Source of the DNA: Sedimentisphaerales bacterium
GTDB lineage: Bacteria; Planctomycetota; Phycisphaerae; Sedimentisphaerales; SM23-30
DNA: 64,000 bases
Direction of reading: 5' to 3'
Assembly (NCBI GenBank): GCA_963663965.2
Contig: CAXXFK010000038.1
Coordinates: forward strand, 32,001-96,000
Both the position numbers and the translations under genes were made by a program. Position 1 is the stretch's first letter, and every line of letters starts with the position of its first letter. A model generated the notes under the pieces. The model did no database searches and had not been told where the DNA came from. It saw only the letters and a list, made by a program, of their open reading frames with translations. This document shows positions 1-12,214 of the stretch, one piece after another.

Positions 1-99
1 ACCGATAAGGTTAATAATATGTTTTGATGGTGTCTGGGGGAAGCGAAACTGTCATTTCATTTTCTATGGTATGATTGTAATTCGCTAACTACCATGACG

Positions 100-204
100 T
101 ATACCCAATGGATAAGAAAATTCCCGATCGCTCGCAACATAAGTAATTACTCGTAAAAGACTTAAATCACGGCCCAGCGGGCATTTTTGATCGTAAACGG
201 TATA
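100..204. repeat. 105-bp imperfect palindromic dispersed element (MITE-like), copy 1
   Basis: Starts TATACC and ends GGTATA, with a central TAAGT-N15-ACTTA. Colinear with 38463-38567 (about 82/105 identical by manual alignment) and 50582-50686. Confidence 0.85.
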
Positions 205-263
205 AAGTAAGTGATGCTTTTATTTCTTATCAGGCGATCCGTATTGCCGCAAACAGGGATATT

Positions 264-1514
264 ATGAATATACGAATTCTCACGACAATCAATGAACTAA
301 TCAGCACCTTATCCTACGCGATGGATGTGGAGCAACGGGGAAAACAATATCATGGGTGGCGTACGGCGGTTCTGGTGGCCACTCTCACTGACATTATGGA
401 CCTGGAAAGACGAAGAGAATTATTCTATGCTGCTTTACTCCATGACATCGGCGGGATCGGTTCGGATCATTTTGATTTGCATCAGTTTCGTGAAGTGAGC
501 GATGAAATGCCAGATGAGATCATCGGGCATTCAGACATATCCGCCCGAATCGTCGAAAAAATACCCGGCCTGTCTTCGATGCGTCAGCCACTCAAGGAAC
601 ATCACGAGCACTGGGATGGATCGGGTTATCCTCGTGGATTGAAACAGGCCGAATTAACGCTGGAAGGCCAGATTCTGGGGCTTGCGGATCATTTGGATGT
701 CATTTTTCGTGGCGATGAAGAATTTACCCGAGATTCAATCATTACCAGAATCAGAAATTTTAGTGGGCGTTTATTTTCACCTTATTTGATCGATCATGCA
801 ACCACTACTTTTTCCATGATACATCCAGGTCAATTGATCAACACTTTGGATCTGACACTCTTGCCGGAGACTTTTTCGATCTGTAAGGATATGGTTGGCG
901 CGGTCGTGGTCCCGGAGGAGCCAGCTATTCTGGACAAGGCATTAAACATTTTTGCGGAAGTGATTGATACCAAACATTCTTATACCCGTGGTCATTCACG
1001 GCGGGTCGCAGAATACGCAACCTGCATCGCGCGAGAACTGGGCATTGGAGGCGAACCGCTTGTCACACTGCGATGGGCAGGTTTGCTGCATGATATTGGT
1101 AAATTATGTGTGCCAATCGATATATTGGATAAAACCTCCAGTTTAAGCGATCAGGAATATCAAACGGTAAAGCATCATGCGTATTACAGCTACGAACTGA
1201 TAAAAAAGATCACTGATTTGAGACCCATTGCTCTGGCGGCCGCCGCACATCATGAACGGCTGGATGGACGCGGTTATCCCTTTGGTCTCAACGAGGCGGC
1301 AATACCCTTCGAGGCTAAAATTCTCTGTGTGGCCGATGCTTTTGACGCGTTAACTTCGGGCAGACCGTATCAAAAACCTCTCACTCAGGAAGAAATCAGC
1401 TCGATATTCGAAAGAAACATCGGCAAACAATTTGACGGACAGATTGTTAATGCCGGGTTACCTGTCCTGTTTGGCCGATTAACCGGTTATGCCAGCCGGA
1501 TACTGGCGATGTGA
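264..1514 (+). CDS. Tandem HD-GYP domain cyclic-dinucleotide phosphodiesterase
   Basis: Two HD-GYP units: LLHDIG...HHEHWDGSGYP and HSRRVA...LLHDIGK...HHERLDGRGYP...DAFDALTSGRPY. No sensor domain. Confidence 0.9.
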   Translation: MNIRILTTINELISTLSYAMDVEQRGKQYHGWRTAVLVATLTDIMDLERRRELFYAALLHDIGGIGSDHFDLHQFREVSDEMPDEIIGHSDISARIVEKIPGLSSMRQPLKEHHEHWDGSGYPRGLKQAELTLEGQILGLADHLDVIFRGDEEFTRDSIITRIRNFSGRLFSPYLIDHATTTFSMIHPGQLINTLDLTLLPETFSICKDMVGAVVVPEEPAILDKALNIFAEVIDTKHSYTRGHSRRVAEYATCIARELGIGGEPLVTLRWAGLLHDIGKLCVPIDILDKTSSLSDQEYQTVKHHAYYSYELIKKITDLRPIALAAAAHHERLDGRGYPFGLNEAAIPFEAKILCVADAFDALTSGRPYQKPLTQEEISSIFERNIGKQFDGQIVNAGLPVLFGRLTGYASRILAM

Positions 1515-2375
1515 TCAGGTGTTTTTATGCGTGATCAGCAGAGACGATCCCAGCGGAAAACCGGTATAGCGCGCCACTACCTCGCATTTGACCATGAACA
1601 GGAAGAAAATGGGAAATTTCGTATGACAGAGGGTTTCGTAATTACCCTGCCCCTTTGATATAATCAAGTCGGCATCGTGAAAATACTGTCGGAACGTTTC
1701 GGAACCATTCTCTAAAACTGTACCTGGGGCGTCGGATCCATTATCGATGATGGTGACAAGTTGATCCAGGCCGGCAAGACGGGCGTCCTGAAGTGTGGCG
1801 TCATTTAATACCGGGCTGTGACGAACCGCCAGGGTGATTTTATGATAAGGCAGGCACTCGATCAGCAGCCTGTCCAGAAATATTTCACCACAGTTATCGG
1901 CGAGATAGAGGATTTTATTCGCCTGGTGGACCGCCTGTTGAAACTGAGCAATGGAAACGCCCTTGATGGCTGTCAGGAGGGCGGTATCCAGCATGTTCTG
2001 GATATCATGACGGTTCAGAGAATGATTGATCCCGTAATCGATCAGATTGCCACCAATGGCCAGATGGATGGCAGCGGCAACCGGATCTGGAGCGGATTCA
2101 ATCGTTTGGCGCAAGACCGGCATCAGTTTCATGATAAATTCATTAGACTGGCGTTTGATGTCGAGATAGGGATCGGGATTGTTACAAATATCTCGAATTA
2201 AACGGTTCAGCAAGGAGGCTGTCGCAGGCGGCGATTGTGACAAATCGATTTCGCTCAGAAGCTTTAATACCGAACGATAGGCTCTCTCACGTAATTGTGG
2301 ATTGGGTGTGGCCAGAGCAATCGCAGTGTTCGCTTGTGAGACAAAACAGGGTAGGCAATCCAGGGTGGTGAACAT
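1515..2375 (-). CDS. DUF89/ARMT1-like damage-control phosphatase
   Basis: N-terminal DCLPCF; motifs GNLIDYG, LADNCGEI, LNDAT, SKGQGNYETL, VKC. Start moved to the ATG at 2375 (MFTTLDC). Confidence 0.88.
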   Translation of the reverse strand: MFTTLDCLPCFVSQANTAIALATPNPQLRERAYRSVLKLLSEIDLSQSPPATASLLNRLIRDICNNPDPYLDIKRQSNEFIMKLMPVLRQTIESAPDPVAAAIHLAIGGNLIDYGINHSLNRHDIQNMLDTALLTAIKGVSIAQFQQAVHQANKILYLADNCGEIFLDRLLIECLPYHKITLAVRHSPVLNDATLQDARLAGLDQLVTIIDNGSDAPGTVLENGSETFRQYFHDADLIISKGQGNYETLCHTKFPIFFLFMVKCEVVARYTGFPLGSSLLITHKNT

Positions 2376-2380
2376 GATCG

Positions 2381-3542
2381 TTATGCTTTGGTGATGTCGA
2401 GAATGAATCCCAGGGTTTGGAGTTTGTTTTGAAGCGTTGGATCGGGTTGGCTGAGGATGATCCGGGTATTGCACGCTTCACGTCTGACCGGGTAGTTTTT
2501 GCGGAGTTGATCGAACGCGATGGGGCGGTTAGCCGCCGGCAAGTCAGCCGTCTGGCGAAGATGAGTGTCATCTCTGACCAGGTCATAGATTGCGGTCATG
2601 GCCTGATAGAGCATTTCCTGATGGGATTGAGAACGGTTATCAAGATAAAGTTCGGGGAGGTATGGCGCGGGGAGCAGGCAGTCGATCTCGAGTCGGTCAT
2701 CGGTATCGAGGAATTCACAGAGTTTTCGATAAAGCGTTGTTGTGCCGTTAATTTTACCTTCAAAGGAATATCCGGCGACATGGGGAGTGGCGATATCAGT
2801 CAGTTTGAGCAACTCGAAATCAAGGGCCGGTTCGTTTTCCCAGACATCGAGAATGACCGGGCCGACTGTTCCGGCCTGGATAGCGGCTTTGAGCGCCTGG
2901 TTGTTCACGACAGGGCCCCGGGAGGCGTTGACCAGAATCGCGCCGGGTTTTAACCGAGCCAGCAGTTTATCATTAATAAGGTGAAAGGTCGGATCGGGCC
3001 CGGAACGAGTCAGGGGGCGTATGACAGGTGACAATATCGGATTGAGCGATCACATCATCCAGGGGGAGGTAACGGGGATCACCAGTCTGGCGTGCCAGGG
3101 GCGGATCATTCAACAGAACATTGAAACCCAGGGCCGGGGCAATACGATTGATGATGGAACCGATATTGCCCACGCCGATAATGCCGAGAGTTTTGCCAGT
3201 TAAATCAAGATGATGACGGCGCGCCACCACGAGCAGGGCGGTCATGACGTATTCGGCGACGGAATTGGCATTGCAGCCGGCGGCACAGGAAAAACAGATT
3301 TTTTGACTTTGCAAGTAGGATTGATCGATATGATCCGTACCTATGGTAGCGGTACCAACGAATCGGACAGTTGTATTATCCAGAAGGTTTTTATCGACAG
3401 TGGTAATCGAACGCACCAGGAGAACCTGTGCGTCGCTGACAATGGCATTGTTCATATTACGACCGGGGTAACAATAGATTTTACCAAATCTGGAGAATAT
3501 TTCTTTAACAAGCGGGATATTCTCGTCGGCAACAATTTTCAT
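2381..3542 (-). CDS. pdxB: Erythronate-4-phosphate dehydrogenase (split by one frameshift at the G5 run, about 3013-3017)
   Basis: MKIVADENIP, LLVRSIT, GTATIGTDHID, GCNANSVAEY, GVGNIG, HTP/LT join, NASRG, LDVWENEP, TPHVAGYS. Two ORFs join by removing one base. Confidence 0.9.
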
Positions 3543-3872
3543 TAGTGGTTTCCACCGGATGGCGATTATTGGTCAGTCTTTCACAAGTAGCGTTTCGATT
3601 AAAACATCAATTATAGTTAGAACTCGAGAGGTTTCAAGTTGTTAATTCGAACAGGATCCCATGAAATAATAACCGGATCGACCTTAATGTCAAGGATACC
3701 GCCCAATGAGTATAACTTTAATAAAGTCATTTAGTTATAAAAGCTATAGGCCTTATGAAGGATAGGAGTTGTGTAAAAATCAAACCAGAATATTGGTGGA
3801 TCACTTTTGTTTTAGATGTACAGATCCAACGAGTTATCCAACAAACTTAAACTGGAGAAGATATCGGAAACC

Positions 3873-3926
3873 AAACGAACCCAATTTGGGGAAATTAAGC
3901 CATAAGTCCTTTATGTAAAAGACTTA
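3873..3926 (+). repeat. Bipartite intergenic motif AAACRAASCCAA-N16-CRTA...ACTTA, copy A
   Basis: AAACGAACCCAA, 16 nt, CATAAGTCCTTTATGTAAAAGACTTA. Same layout on the minus strand at 16320-16374 and 16679-16733. Confidence 0.65.
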
Positions 3927-4865
3927 AAAGGTTTTGTCTTCAAGAGAGGAAATATTCAAAAATTCTACAGGTTCTTCGAATGCGATACGGCTGCGATCGA
4001 TCTTGCCCATACCCAAAGCGATGCTCACCTGATCATTCTGTAATGCCAGGCGGTCATATTGGCTCTTTAAATCCGCAAGTTGTTTATCAAGTCGGGATAA
4101 TAAGATCATCGGATCTCGGCCTGTCATAATCATCTCGACGATTGTCCGGTTTGTTAGATCAAAATGCATGTTAATCAGGCCAATTTGGCCCAGTGTTCTT
4201 TTAACTCCCACAGCAAGTTTTGGGTTTGTTTGATAAATATGGGTTTGGGTCTTGGTTAATTCAATAGCCCGGACGATTTCCAGGGTATTCACTTGGGATT
4301 CATTAATACTCCGCCATTGATGATTCAAATCCATGCAGGTTTCATAGATCTGGATTGCTTTTACAGGGTGAAGGGCAGGTAATGAAGTGATGTCTGGCAG
4401 ATTGGGGTCTGTAGCGCTTTCACCAGTAAGATCCTTATAAATTTCCTTGCCTGAATCATATTCATTTGGATCGCCAGGTAGAAGCGAATAGGGTTTTCCT
4501 CCCGGATAATATGGATACTGAATGATATCAAACACCTTGGCGTTGACCTGTTTTTGATATCTCGGTATCCAGTATCTCGTCTTAACCCCTTTTGAATCAT
4601 AGACTTTAGAATTCTTCTGAGATTCAGAGGCTTTGATTAAGATCTGATCGATTGAGAGCCCATGCTGATTCGATTTAATTGTGTTTTTTTTCTGTTTTTC
4701 GTCATTCGTAATCAGTTTATCGGGTATGACCGTCTGTTCCAGCGATGATGACTCTACGGAATTGCTGCCTTTATCGACAGAATTTGTTGTTTCGCTGGTT
4801 TGAGCCGAAAGATCAAGTGAAATCGAATAAATTACTACAATACATATAAAATTATATAATTTCAT
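3924..4865 (-). CDS. Hypothetical secreted protein
   Basis: 313-aa ORF with a signal-peptide-like N-terminus and a coiled-coil-like C-terminus. No family recognised. Confidence 0.65.
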   Translation of the reverse strand: MKLYNFICIVVIYSISLDLSAQTSETTNSVDKGSNSVESSSLEQTVIPDKLITNDEKQKKNTIKSNQHGLSIDQILIKASESQKNSKVYDSKGVKTRYWIPRYQKQVNAKVFDIIQYPYYPGGKPYSLLPGDPNEYDSGKEIYKDLTGESATDPNLPDITSLPALHPVKAIQIYETCMDLNHQWRSINESQVNTLEIVRAIELTKTQTHIYQTNPKLAVGVKRTLGQIGLINMHFDLTNRTIVEMIMTGRDPMILLSRLDKQLADLKSQYDRLALQNDQVSIALGMGKIDRSRIAFEEPVEFLNISSLEDKTF

Positions 4866-5198
4866 AACTGTTTAATTTATAGATATTTGTTAAAAAACTG
4901 TCAGGTAGTGTTTCATTAATCATATCGTCACGAAAGTTTCTGATGGTTGATAAAATTGAGAGAATTGCCTGTTAATTAAACGGCTTACAAAAGTTAAATT
5001 GTGTCAAATAAAAAAAATGGGTATGTTTGAACCAGAAATATTGATTTTATCGATTAAAGAGAATAGAATGATCTTTCCATTTTTAATAGTTGGATGTGAG
5101 GAACAGAGACTTTGCCATAAGGTCTGTTAGGCCGTGCTTTGTGTTATTTTCATAGCATTCAGCTGAGGCCGATACTCAAGAAACTGATAAGGACAATA

Positions 5199-7918
5199 AT
5201 GACTAACAAAAGGATTGAACTGTTTATGATCTTAATCAGCCAGGCGCTTGGATGTGCGGGTTGGCTGAACTCACAGATATATGCTGTGGATATCAATATA
5301 CCGACGGATCACCCGACTATACAAGCAGCTATCGATGCTGCTGCTGATGGTGATGTTATAATTCTGGCTCAGGATACTTATACCGGAGATGGTAATTGTG
5401 ATCTGATTTTTTCTGGAAAAAAAATAACCATAAGAAGTACTGAACCTGATGACCCTGATATAGTGGCCGCAACCATAATCGATTGTGATGGTAACGTCGC
5501 GGCGAATCATCGTGCTTTTATTTTTAATAACAGTGAAGATAGTGAGGCTGTAGTAGATGGCCTGACCATCCAAAATGGTTATCATGAAAATGGTGGGGCC
5601 GTCTGGTGTTGGAATACATCTCCCTCAATAAATAGATGTGTTTTTAAAAATAACACAAGTGTCGGGATTGGCGGAGCGGTCGCATGTCAAAATGAAGCCA
5701 TGGTTACTATCGCTGGTTGCATTTTTCAACAAAATCAGGCATTGTTCGTTCAAGGTTCTATCAGTGGTGTGGGGGGAGCTGTTGCTTGTGATAGTTCCAG
5801 TGAAGTATACTTATCAAATGCGATAATTTCTGATAATTATGCTCAGATATGGGGAGGTGCAGTATATCTGGACCAGAGTTTGGCTAGGGTTGAAAATTGT
5901 ATTTTTAGTGGAAATTACGCCGTGAATTTTGGGGGTGCTGTCTATGGAAATCTTTCTGATATTCTGATTACTAATTGTTCGATAACAGAAAATCGTGCGG
6001 AATTCCGCGGGGGAGCAATTTCAGCTTCTGAAGGAACGATGACTATCATTGGTTCAATCGTCTGGAATAATGAAATTTTAGATACTGTGACTGGTATTGG
6101 CCCGCAAATTAAAATTACCGGTGATGAACAGGATGAGCTGAATGTGCAATACAGCAACATAGATGGAGGAGTGGCTCACAATGAAGATGGGTTGCAAATC
6201 CCATTGACTGGAAACGGCAATATTGACAGCGATCCGCTTTTTATTACAAATGGTTCCTGGAGCGACAATGGAACTCCGGAAGATTTTTCCGATGACATCT
6301 GGACAGGCGGTGATTATCGTTTACTGGATAGTTCGCCCTGCCGCAACGCCGGTGATGACAGCGTATTCGAGCGAGAAATAGATCCAGTACTGACGGACTT
6401 GGTTGGCACAACCAGAAAGTTGGGGAGTGGAGTGGATATGGGAGTCTATGAAATGACTCCTCCGGACGGGCCGGATATTACTGGTGAATTTTATAGCAAT
6501 AGTCTCTATGATGTGATGGTGCCTTTTGACAAGGGTAAGATCAGTGTATTGATTTCCAATGTGGGTAACGCAGATGCCATTGCGACTACCTATATGAAAA
6601 TATATCTGTCATCGGATACGTTCTTCGATACCAGCGATATTGAATTGGCGACGGCGACTGTCAAATTGAAACTCAAAGCTGGCGCCAGTAAGGCATATAA
6701 AGCCAGTGTGATCATCCCGGCGGATGTTGCTACGGGAAGTTATTATCTTTTGGCAAAATTGGATTCAAATAATGATTTGATCGAGTCGGATGATAGTCTG
6801 CGTAGCAATATCGCAGTTGATTCGACAGTACGTGAACTCGCATGGAAATTTGGCGCTATCCCCAATCGCAAGGCGGTGAAGTTAAAACTATTGGATGCTA
6901 CGGGGGCGTTTGTGACGTTTTCCCTTTCGGTAATGGGATTGGACAGATAGCCTCAAGCGATTTCAGTCAGATTATAGTAACAGGAACCGATAGTGCCAGT
7001 AAACTTTCAATTAAACCTACTTCAAAAGTAGAACCATTTGAGATCGGCAATGTGCTAATTTCAGGGGCGTTAGGCAGTATTAATGCAAAGACGACCAATC
7101 TTAATGGCAGTATTCAATCGCTGGGATACGTCAAGGCAATCGCGTTACAAAACGTACAACCACGGGTAGGGGGGAATTTAATTTCAATTGCCGGTCAGCC
7201 ACAGAATGAAGCGGAAACAATCTCTTTATCGTTTAAAGATGTTTACGATTTGAATGTCAGTGCCCAGAATTTTTCTCTTAAATCGATTAAAGCGAATTTC
7301 TGGAAAGATTCTGACGGTCAGGAAGATGAGATTGTGGCGCTTGATATCGGCAAAATCAGCATAAAAGGTGATTTTGAGCCTAATACAGTTACTTCGGTTT
7401 CAATCGATAGTATCAGTGTTGGAGGGGATTTCCTTGCCTCTCTAGTCTTGTCGGGGAATGATGTGTCTCAGGTGACATTGGGTAAGGTCTCTATTAAAGG
7501 CATGTTGAGAGAGGCGAGTTGGCTGATTGAAGGCGATGTGGGTTCTTTGTCTATGCAGGCTATGGATAATAGTGCTATTTACGTTGGTGTATCGAATGCC
7601 TTGACTTCATTGACAGGTGAACAGGATGATTTCATCCGGCAGGATATGATCAAATCTTTAAGAATATCGGGTAGCGAAAACGGTGTTGTTTTTGAAAACA
7701 GTGAAATTGCAGTCTGGTCTCTGGGTAAACTGTATTTACCCGGGGGGGCTGATGGCAGTGGCATTATTCAATATGCGATAGCGAGCAGTATTTCAGAGAT
7801 TCCAGACAATATTGAGGAGCAGGTCGTCGTTTCTGACTCGAATAATCAAAGCCAGATGGATCATTCCGATTGGATAGCAGAACTTATATTTTTATTGACA
7901 CATTCCTCAACAATTTGA
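5199..7918 (+). CDS. Large secreted protein: right-handed beta-helix (GGA[V/I]...FxxN repeats) + CARDB-like domain + beta-rich C-terminus (frameshift at about 6930)
   Basis: PTIQAAIDAA, repeated GGAV/GGAI with FxxN, SPCRNAG...DMGVYE, ISNVGNA...YLSSD...GSYYLLA. ORFs 5139-6950 and 6842-7918 join as SLSGNGIGQI if one G is added. Confidence 0.75.
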
Positions 7919-7996
7919 AATAACTTTAAGGAAAAGTGACGGGTATAGAGGAAAGTGTTTTTGGCAAAGAAGAAAAGCCTTTTTTAATGGTAATAA

Positions 7997-9160
7997 ATGG
8001 AAGTGCGAAAAGAGAGTCTTCTCATTTACTATTTATATATCCTACTTCTTTTGGTATCAATTACCAACAGTGCCAGGTCAGCACAGAGTGTTAGTGTCGA
8101 TATTGGCTATCAGGGTAATCCGGCAATAGGTAATGGTATTTATGTCTGGGAACAAACAATCGATCAGGGACAGCATTATGATATTTATGGCCGATTTTCC
8201 TGTGATGATGAAATTCGACGCCTCTCCAGTTCCGGGCAGGCGCGTTGGCCGGATATTTATAAGGATTTAGTGATCTGGTCCGATAAACGTCGCGGTGTTT
8301 ACGATATATGGGGTTATGATCTAAAAGCGAGTAAGGAATTTGAAATATGCCGTATGGACGATAACCAGATATACCCTGCCATTCATAATAACATCATAGT
8401 ATGGGTCACTGGTGAATATCCCTGCTGGCCAGCCGTTTGGGGCTATTCACTGAATTCAAAGTGTGCGTTTAAAATTTGTGATACTCCCGGTAATAAATGG
8501 AGACCTGACATCTTCGATAATCGAGTGGTGTGGGGGGATTATCGAACTGGAAACTGGGATATCTATTGCTCGGATATCAGTAATTTTAATGATCCCAATG
8601 AGATGGTTATTGATAGTAGTGGAAAATACCAACGCAGCGCGGTGATTTATGGTACTCTGATTGCTTATGAAGATGGTCCCAATCTGGGAATTTATGATCT
8701 GGTATCAAAGCAAAAATCTTCTTATCCAACAGGTCTGATTAATGATCTGGATATATATGATAATCAAGTTGTGGTTTCTCAGTGGGGGGGCGCCACTAAC
8801 GGATACGATATCTGGGGTTATCGGATCAGTCGCCGTTTTGGTTTAAAGATTACACCGTATACAATTGCCTGCAATAAGTCGGATCAATACTGTGTGGTTT
8901 TAGATGGGCAAAAGGTTTTGTGGTGTGATGATTCTATCTGCGGATATTATCAGCGTGATATTTATTATAGCATGCTGGAGCCTTTATTGGCCGCGCTCCC
9001 CAGCGAATATCCGGATCTAAAAACATTAAGCATTCTTGGCCGTTCCTGGAAGTCAATCGGAACTTCACTCGAAGGTGATATCGATCAGAATGGCGAAGTC
9101 GAAATGGGAGATCTGGGATTATTTATTCAGATTTATCGTTCTGGAACTTTGATTAATTAA
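7997..9160 (+). CDS. Secreted beta-propeller repeat protein with a C-terminal dockerin/EF-hand-like motif
   Basis: Repeats PDIY..LVIWSDKRRGVYDIWGYDL and PDIFDNRVVWGDYRTGNWDIY; tail GDIDQNGEVEMGDLGLF; signal peptide. Confidence 0.75.
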   Translation: MEVRKESLLIYYLYILLLLVSITNSARSAQSVSVDIGYQGNPAIGNGIYVWEQTIDQGQHYDIYGRFSCDDEIRRLSSSGQARWPDIYKDLVIWSDKRRGVYDIWGYDLKASKEFEICRMDDNQIYPAIHNNIIVWVTGEYPCWPAVWGYSLNSKCAFKICDTPGNKWRPDIFDNRVVWGDYRTGNWDIYCSDISNFNDPNEMVIDSSGKYQRSAVIYGTLIAYEDGPNLGIYDLVSKQKSSYPTGLINDLDIYDNQVVVSQWGGATNGYDIWGYRISRRFGLKITPYTIACNKSDQYCVVLDGQKVLWCDDSICGYYQRDIYYSMLEPLLAALPSEYPDLKTLSILGRSWKSIGTSLEGDIDQNGEVEMGDLGLFIQIYRSGTLIN

Positions 9161-9166
9161 TTTGGA

Positions 9167-10599
9167 TCATTCAGCCCAATCGTCGGTTCTAAATGATGAG
9201 GCGGGTAATTCAAATCCGTTATAAAGATTGGATTGAGCCCAGTTGGTAAAACAATACCTGACGGCTACTGGATTTAAAATTTCAGGATTGGATACCAGGA
9301 TGGTATTGCTATCAATGCTGGCATTGGCAGGAATAAATTTTTTGTCTGGACCGGCCAGAGTAAAGCCGTGAAGTGGGCCATCTTTGGAAACTAAGCCGCC
9401 GTCAGTATGGTCAAAAAATAAACGAATTTGATTTCCTTCAACAATCATATGGTTATAAACGGGGCCGGAATAAACTAAGTTTTTCTGGTTATAGGTTTTA
9501 GCAAGAGCCCATAATGCCAGCCGTTTACCAACATCCTGTTTATTTTGGGGGTGAATATTATTTTCATTGCCAATATCCATCGTCACAGCCATGCCAACAT
9601 GAGGGATTTTCAGGCTTAAAAGCTGAGCCTCTCTTAGAAAGGCAGAACTGGTTTTATCGCTTCCATCATATTTATAAGGTGCGATCTGAACGTAATAAAA
9701 TGGAATATCGCCAGTGGCCCATTTTTCTCGCCAGTTTCCGATCCAGGCTTGCATTAATTTTTTATATTGTTCAGGACGGTTGCGGTTTGCTTCACCCTGG
9801 TACCAGATGACACCGGCGATACGGTAATCGATTAATGGCGCTATCATGGCATTGTAGAGCATTGTTGGGACATTCTGATGATATTTCTTTTTATTATCGG
9901 GATTATAAAGTGCATCTTCATCAATATCTTTGATGCTATTGATCTGGTTGGAAAATTCTGGAAATTCACTTAATCCATCTTCACTTATCCATGCTTCAAT
10001 AACAGTCCCGCCCCAGGCCGAACGAATTAAACCGATTGGCACGTCCAGTTCTTTATGCAAATAGCGGCCAAAATAATACGCCACTGCACTAAAGTCTGGA
10101 ATTGTTTCAGGAGTACAAACGTTCCAGGCGCCAGTCAGGTCAGATTGAGGTTTGTTATGAAATTTATTTTGTACTGCAAACAATCTGATTTTGGGCCAAT
10201 TGGCCTGGGCGATCTCATTTTCAGCATCATTGCTGTTTCTTACCGTCCAATACATATTGGATTGCCCGGAACATAACCAAACTTCTCCCAGTAGAATATT
10301 TTGAAATTTTTTATAGTATTAGCGGCTTTAAGAGTTATAGAATAAGGGCCACCCGCTGGAGCAGTAGGAAGTTTGGCGAGCCATGAGCCATTTGAATCGG
10401 TTTTGGTTTTTGTTGATGGAGTACCAGGCCAGTCTGCTGTAATTGTGATTGTTTCGTCTGGATTGGCCCATCCCCATATTTTTATCGTCGTATCACGCTG
10501 TAAAACCATATTATCGCCAATGATAGATGGGAGTCTTATGTCAGCGTAGCTTAAGGTTGATACTATTAATAAAACTGCAAAAATTCTATTTTGATTCAT
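9167..10599 (-). CDS. Sialate O-acetylesterase (SGNH/SASA family), frameshift at about 10300-10312
   Basis: LPSIIGDNMVLQR; GEVWLCSGQSNM (read just upstream of the second ORF start); FSAVAYYFG, WGGT, WYQGE, DxxxxxxIHP, PASSFRTD. Confidence 0.88.
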
Positions 10600-10624
10600 G
10601 TGATCTTCTCCAAAAACGTTCAAA

Positions 10625-11352
10625 TTAACCGTTTTTTTCGGCTTGATGGTCGCAGCAAGCCTTAATAAATTCTAACATAATAACGCGATTGATACTATCT
10701 TTATTGTAATATCTTTCCGGATGCCATTGAACAGCCATTAAAAAGGGATAATCCGGCCGCTCAACCGCTTCAATAACTCCATCTTCTGTCCGGCCAGCTG
10801 TAATTAAGTCTGCTCCATTGACAGCAACCCCTTGATGATGGGCACTGGGGACTTCAATCCAATCCTGACCAATTAAATTTTTTAGTCTTGATGGGTGGAG
10901 TTTCAGTTTATGTTTGACATCTTTTTCCCATACGACCATGGTCGACCAAGCCAGGATGATCGGGTAAATGTTGATATAATCTGCCGCCATGAGCCACACA
11001 AATCATCTGTAAACCCAGGCATATTCCTAAAATCGGTAATTTTTTTTTCTACAGCAATTTTGTAAAACAGGAAATCAAACTTCTGGCGGTCCGGATGAAC
11101 TAATTCTGTTTGGGGATGTATCGGTTCATTCCAGAGCGATGGATTCAAGTCCAGCCCCCCGGTTAGAAGAAGTCCATTCGTTTCAGACAATAATTCATTG
11201 ATATAAATCCTGTCTGAAATCGGTAAGATGGGTATGGGGATGCCGCCTAAAGAGAGAATTGCACTAAAATAGGGGCTATCCAGGTAGGCCCGCCCAACGC
11301 CCTCTTCATTGGTGCGATAATTCATGCCAATCGCGATGCGTGGCTTATGCAA
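10625..11352 (-). CDS. Peptidase C26 / gamma-glutamyl-GABA hydrolase family (class I glutamine amidotransferase fold), two frameshifts
   Basis: GLLLTGGLD; LPILGICLGLQ in a third frame between the two ORFs; SAHHQGV, DGVIEAVE, VQWHPE. AGGAGG precedes a TTG at 11352. Confidence 0.85.
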
Positions 11353-11386
11353 GGTTGCCTCCTGAAATCGCATGCGAGGTTAGTTG

Positions 11387-11866
11387 TTACTGGAAATCGC
11401 TTTCCATTTCTTCCATATAGGTCAGCGTTTTTTTCCAGTTCATTACCACAGTGGGTTCGTTTGATCCGCAGCAGGGTGCGTACCCGCGAGATTAATTCAT
11501 TTTTCTGAATAGGCTTACTCAGAAATTCATCCGCGCCACAGTCAACACCCCGTTCGATATCGCCGGCATCAGTCAGGGCAGTTACGAGTACTACTACGAT
11601 ATCACGGTAAGATTCGCTTCCTTTAATTCGTCGACAAACTTCAAAGCCACTCATTCTGGGCATCATAATATCCAGCAAGATCAAATCGGGCTTGTCCTGT
11701 TCGATCATTTTCAGGGCTTCTATTCCATCGGGAGCGATGGTGACATCGGCCTCTAACGGAATCAGGTAGGCTTCCAGTAATTCGGCATTTTTTTTGTTAT
11801 CATCTACAATCAGTATTTTTGTCAGGGCCATTCTGTTGGGATGGCCGGCAATTTTTTTTCACTCAT
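11387..11866 (-). CDS. Single-domain response regulator (probable homopolymer indels near both ends)
   Basis: KILIVDD, PDLILLDIMMPRMSGFEVC, VTAL, FLSKP. An RBS precedes the ATG at 11866. Correcting the A7 run gives the C-terminus ELEKTLTYMEEMESDFQ*. Confidence 0.85.
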
Positions 11867-11944
11867 GTATCTCTCCTGAATCAATTGAATTATGACCTAA
11901 TTTTTATTGATAATGGGATATTTTGTCCAGATTTGATTAAGAAA

Positions 11945-12214
11945 TTACGATTCTGAAGAATTTTTGTGTTTTTCCAACAGGTTACGAACTTCCGGGACGA
12001 TGTATTTTTCTTCAATACCTGGTCGGTCAGAGAGCGCTTCGGCAACTAAAGTAACTTGTTCCTGGATAGAAAGCTCTTCATTTATACATAAAAGCCATTT
12101 ATTTTTAAGTCGACAAATTCCACCCAACTGGTCGCCCAGAGATACGAATCGAACTTCAATATCCATGCTTTCAGCCAGATCAATCAGGACATTTAACTGT
12201 TGTGTGGCATCCAT
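11945..12214 (-). CDS. Small hypothetical protein
   Basis: 89-aa ORF with protein-like composition (GGICRLKNKWLLCINEEL...YIVPEVRNLLE), co-oriented with the response regulator. Confidence 0.7.
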   Translation of the reverse strand: MDATQQLNVLIDLAESMDIEVRFVSLGDQLGGICRLKNKWLLCINEELSIQEQVTLVAEALSDRPGIEEKYIVPEVRNLLEKHKNSSES

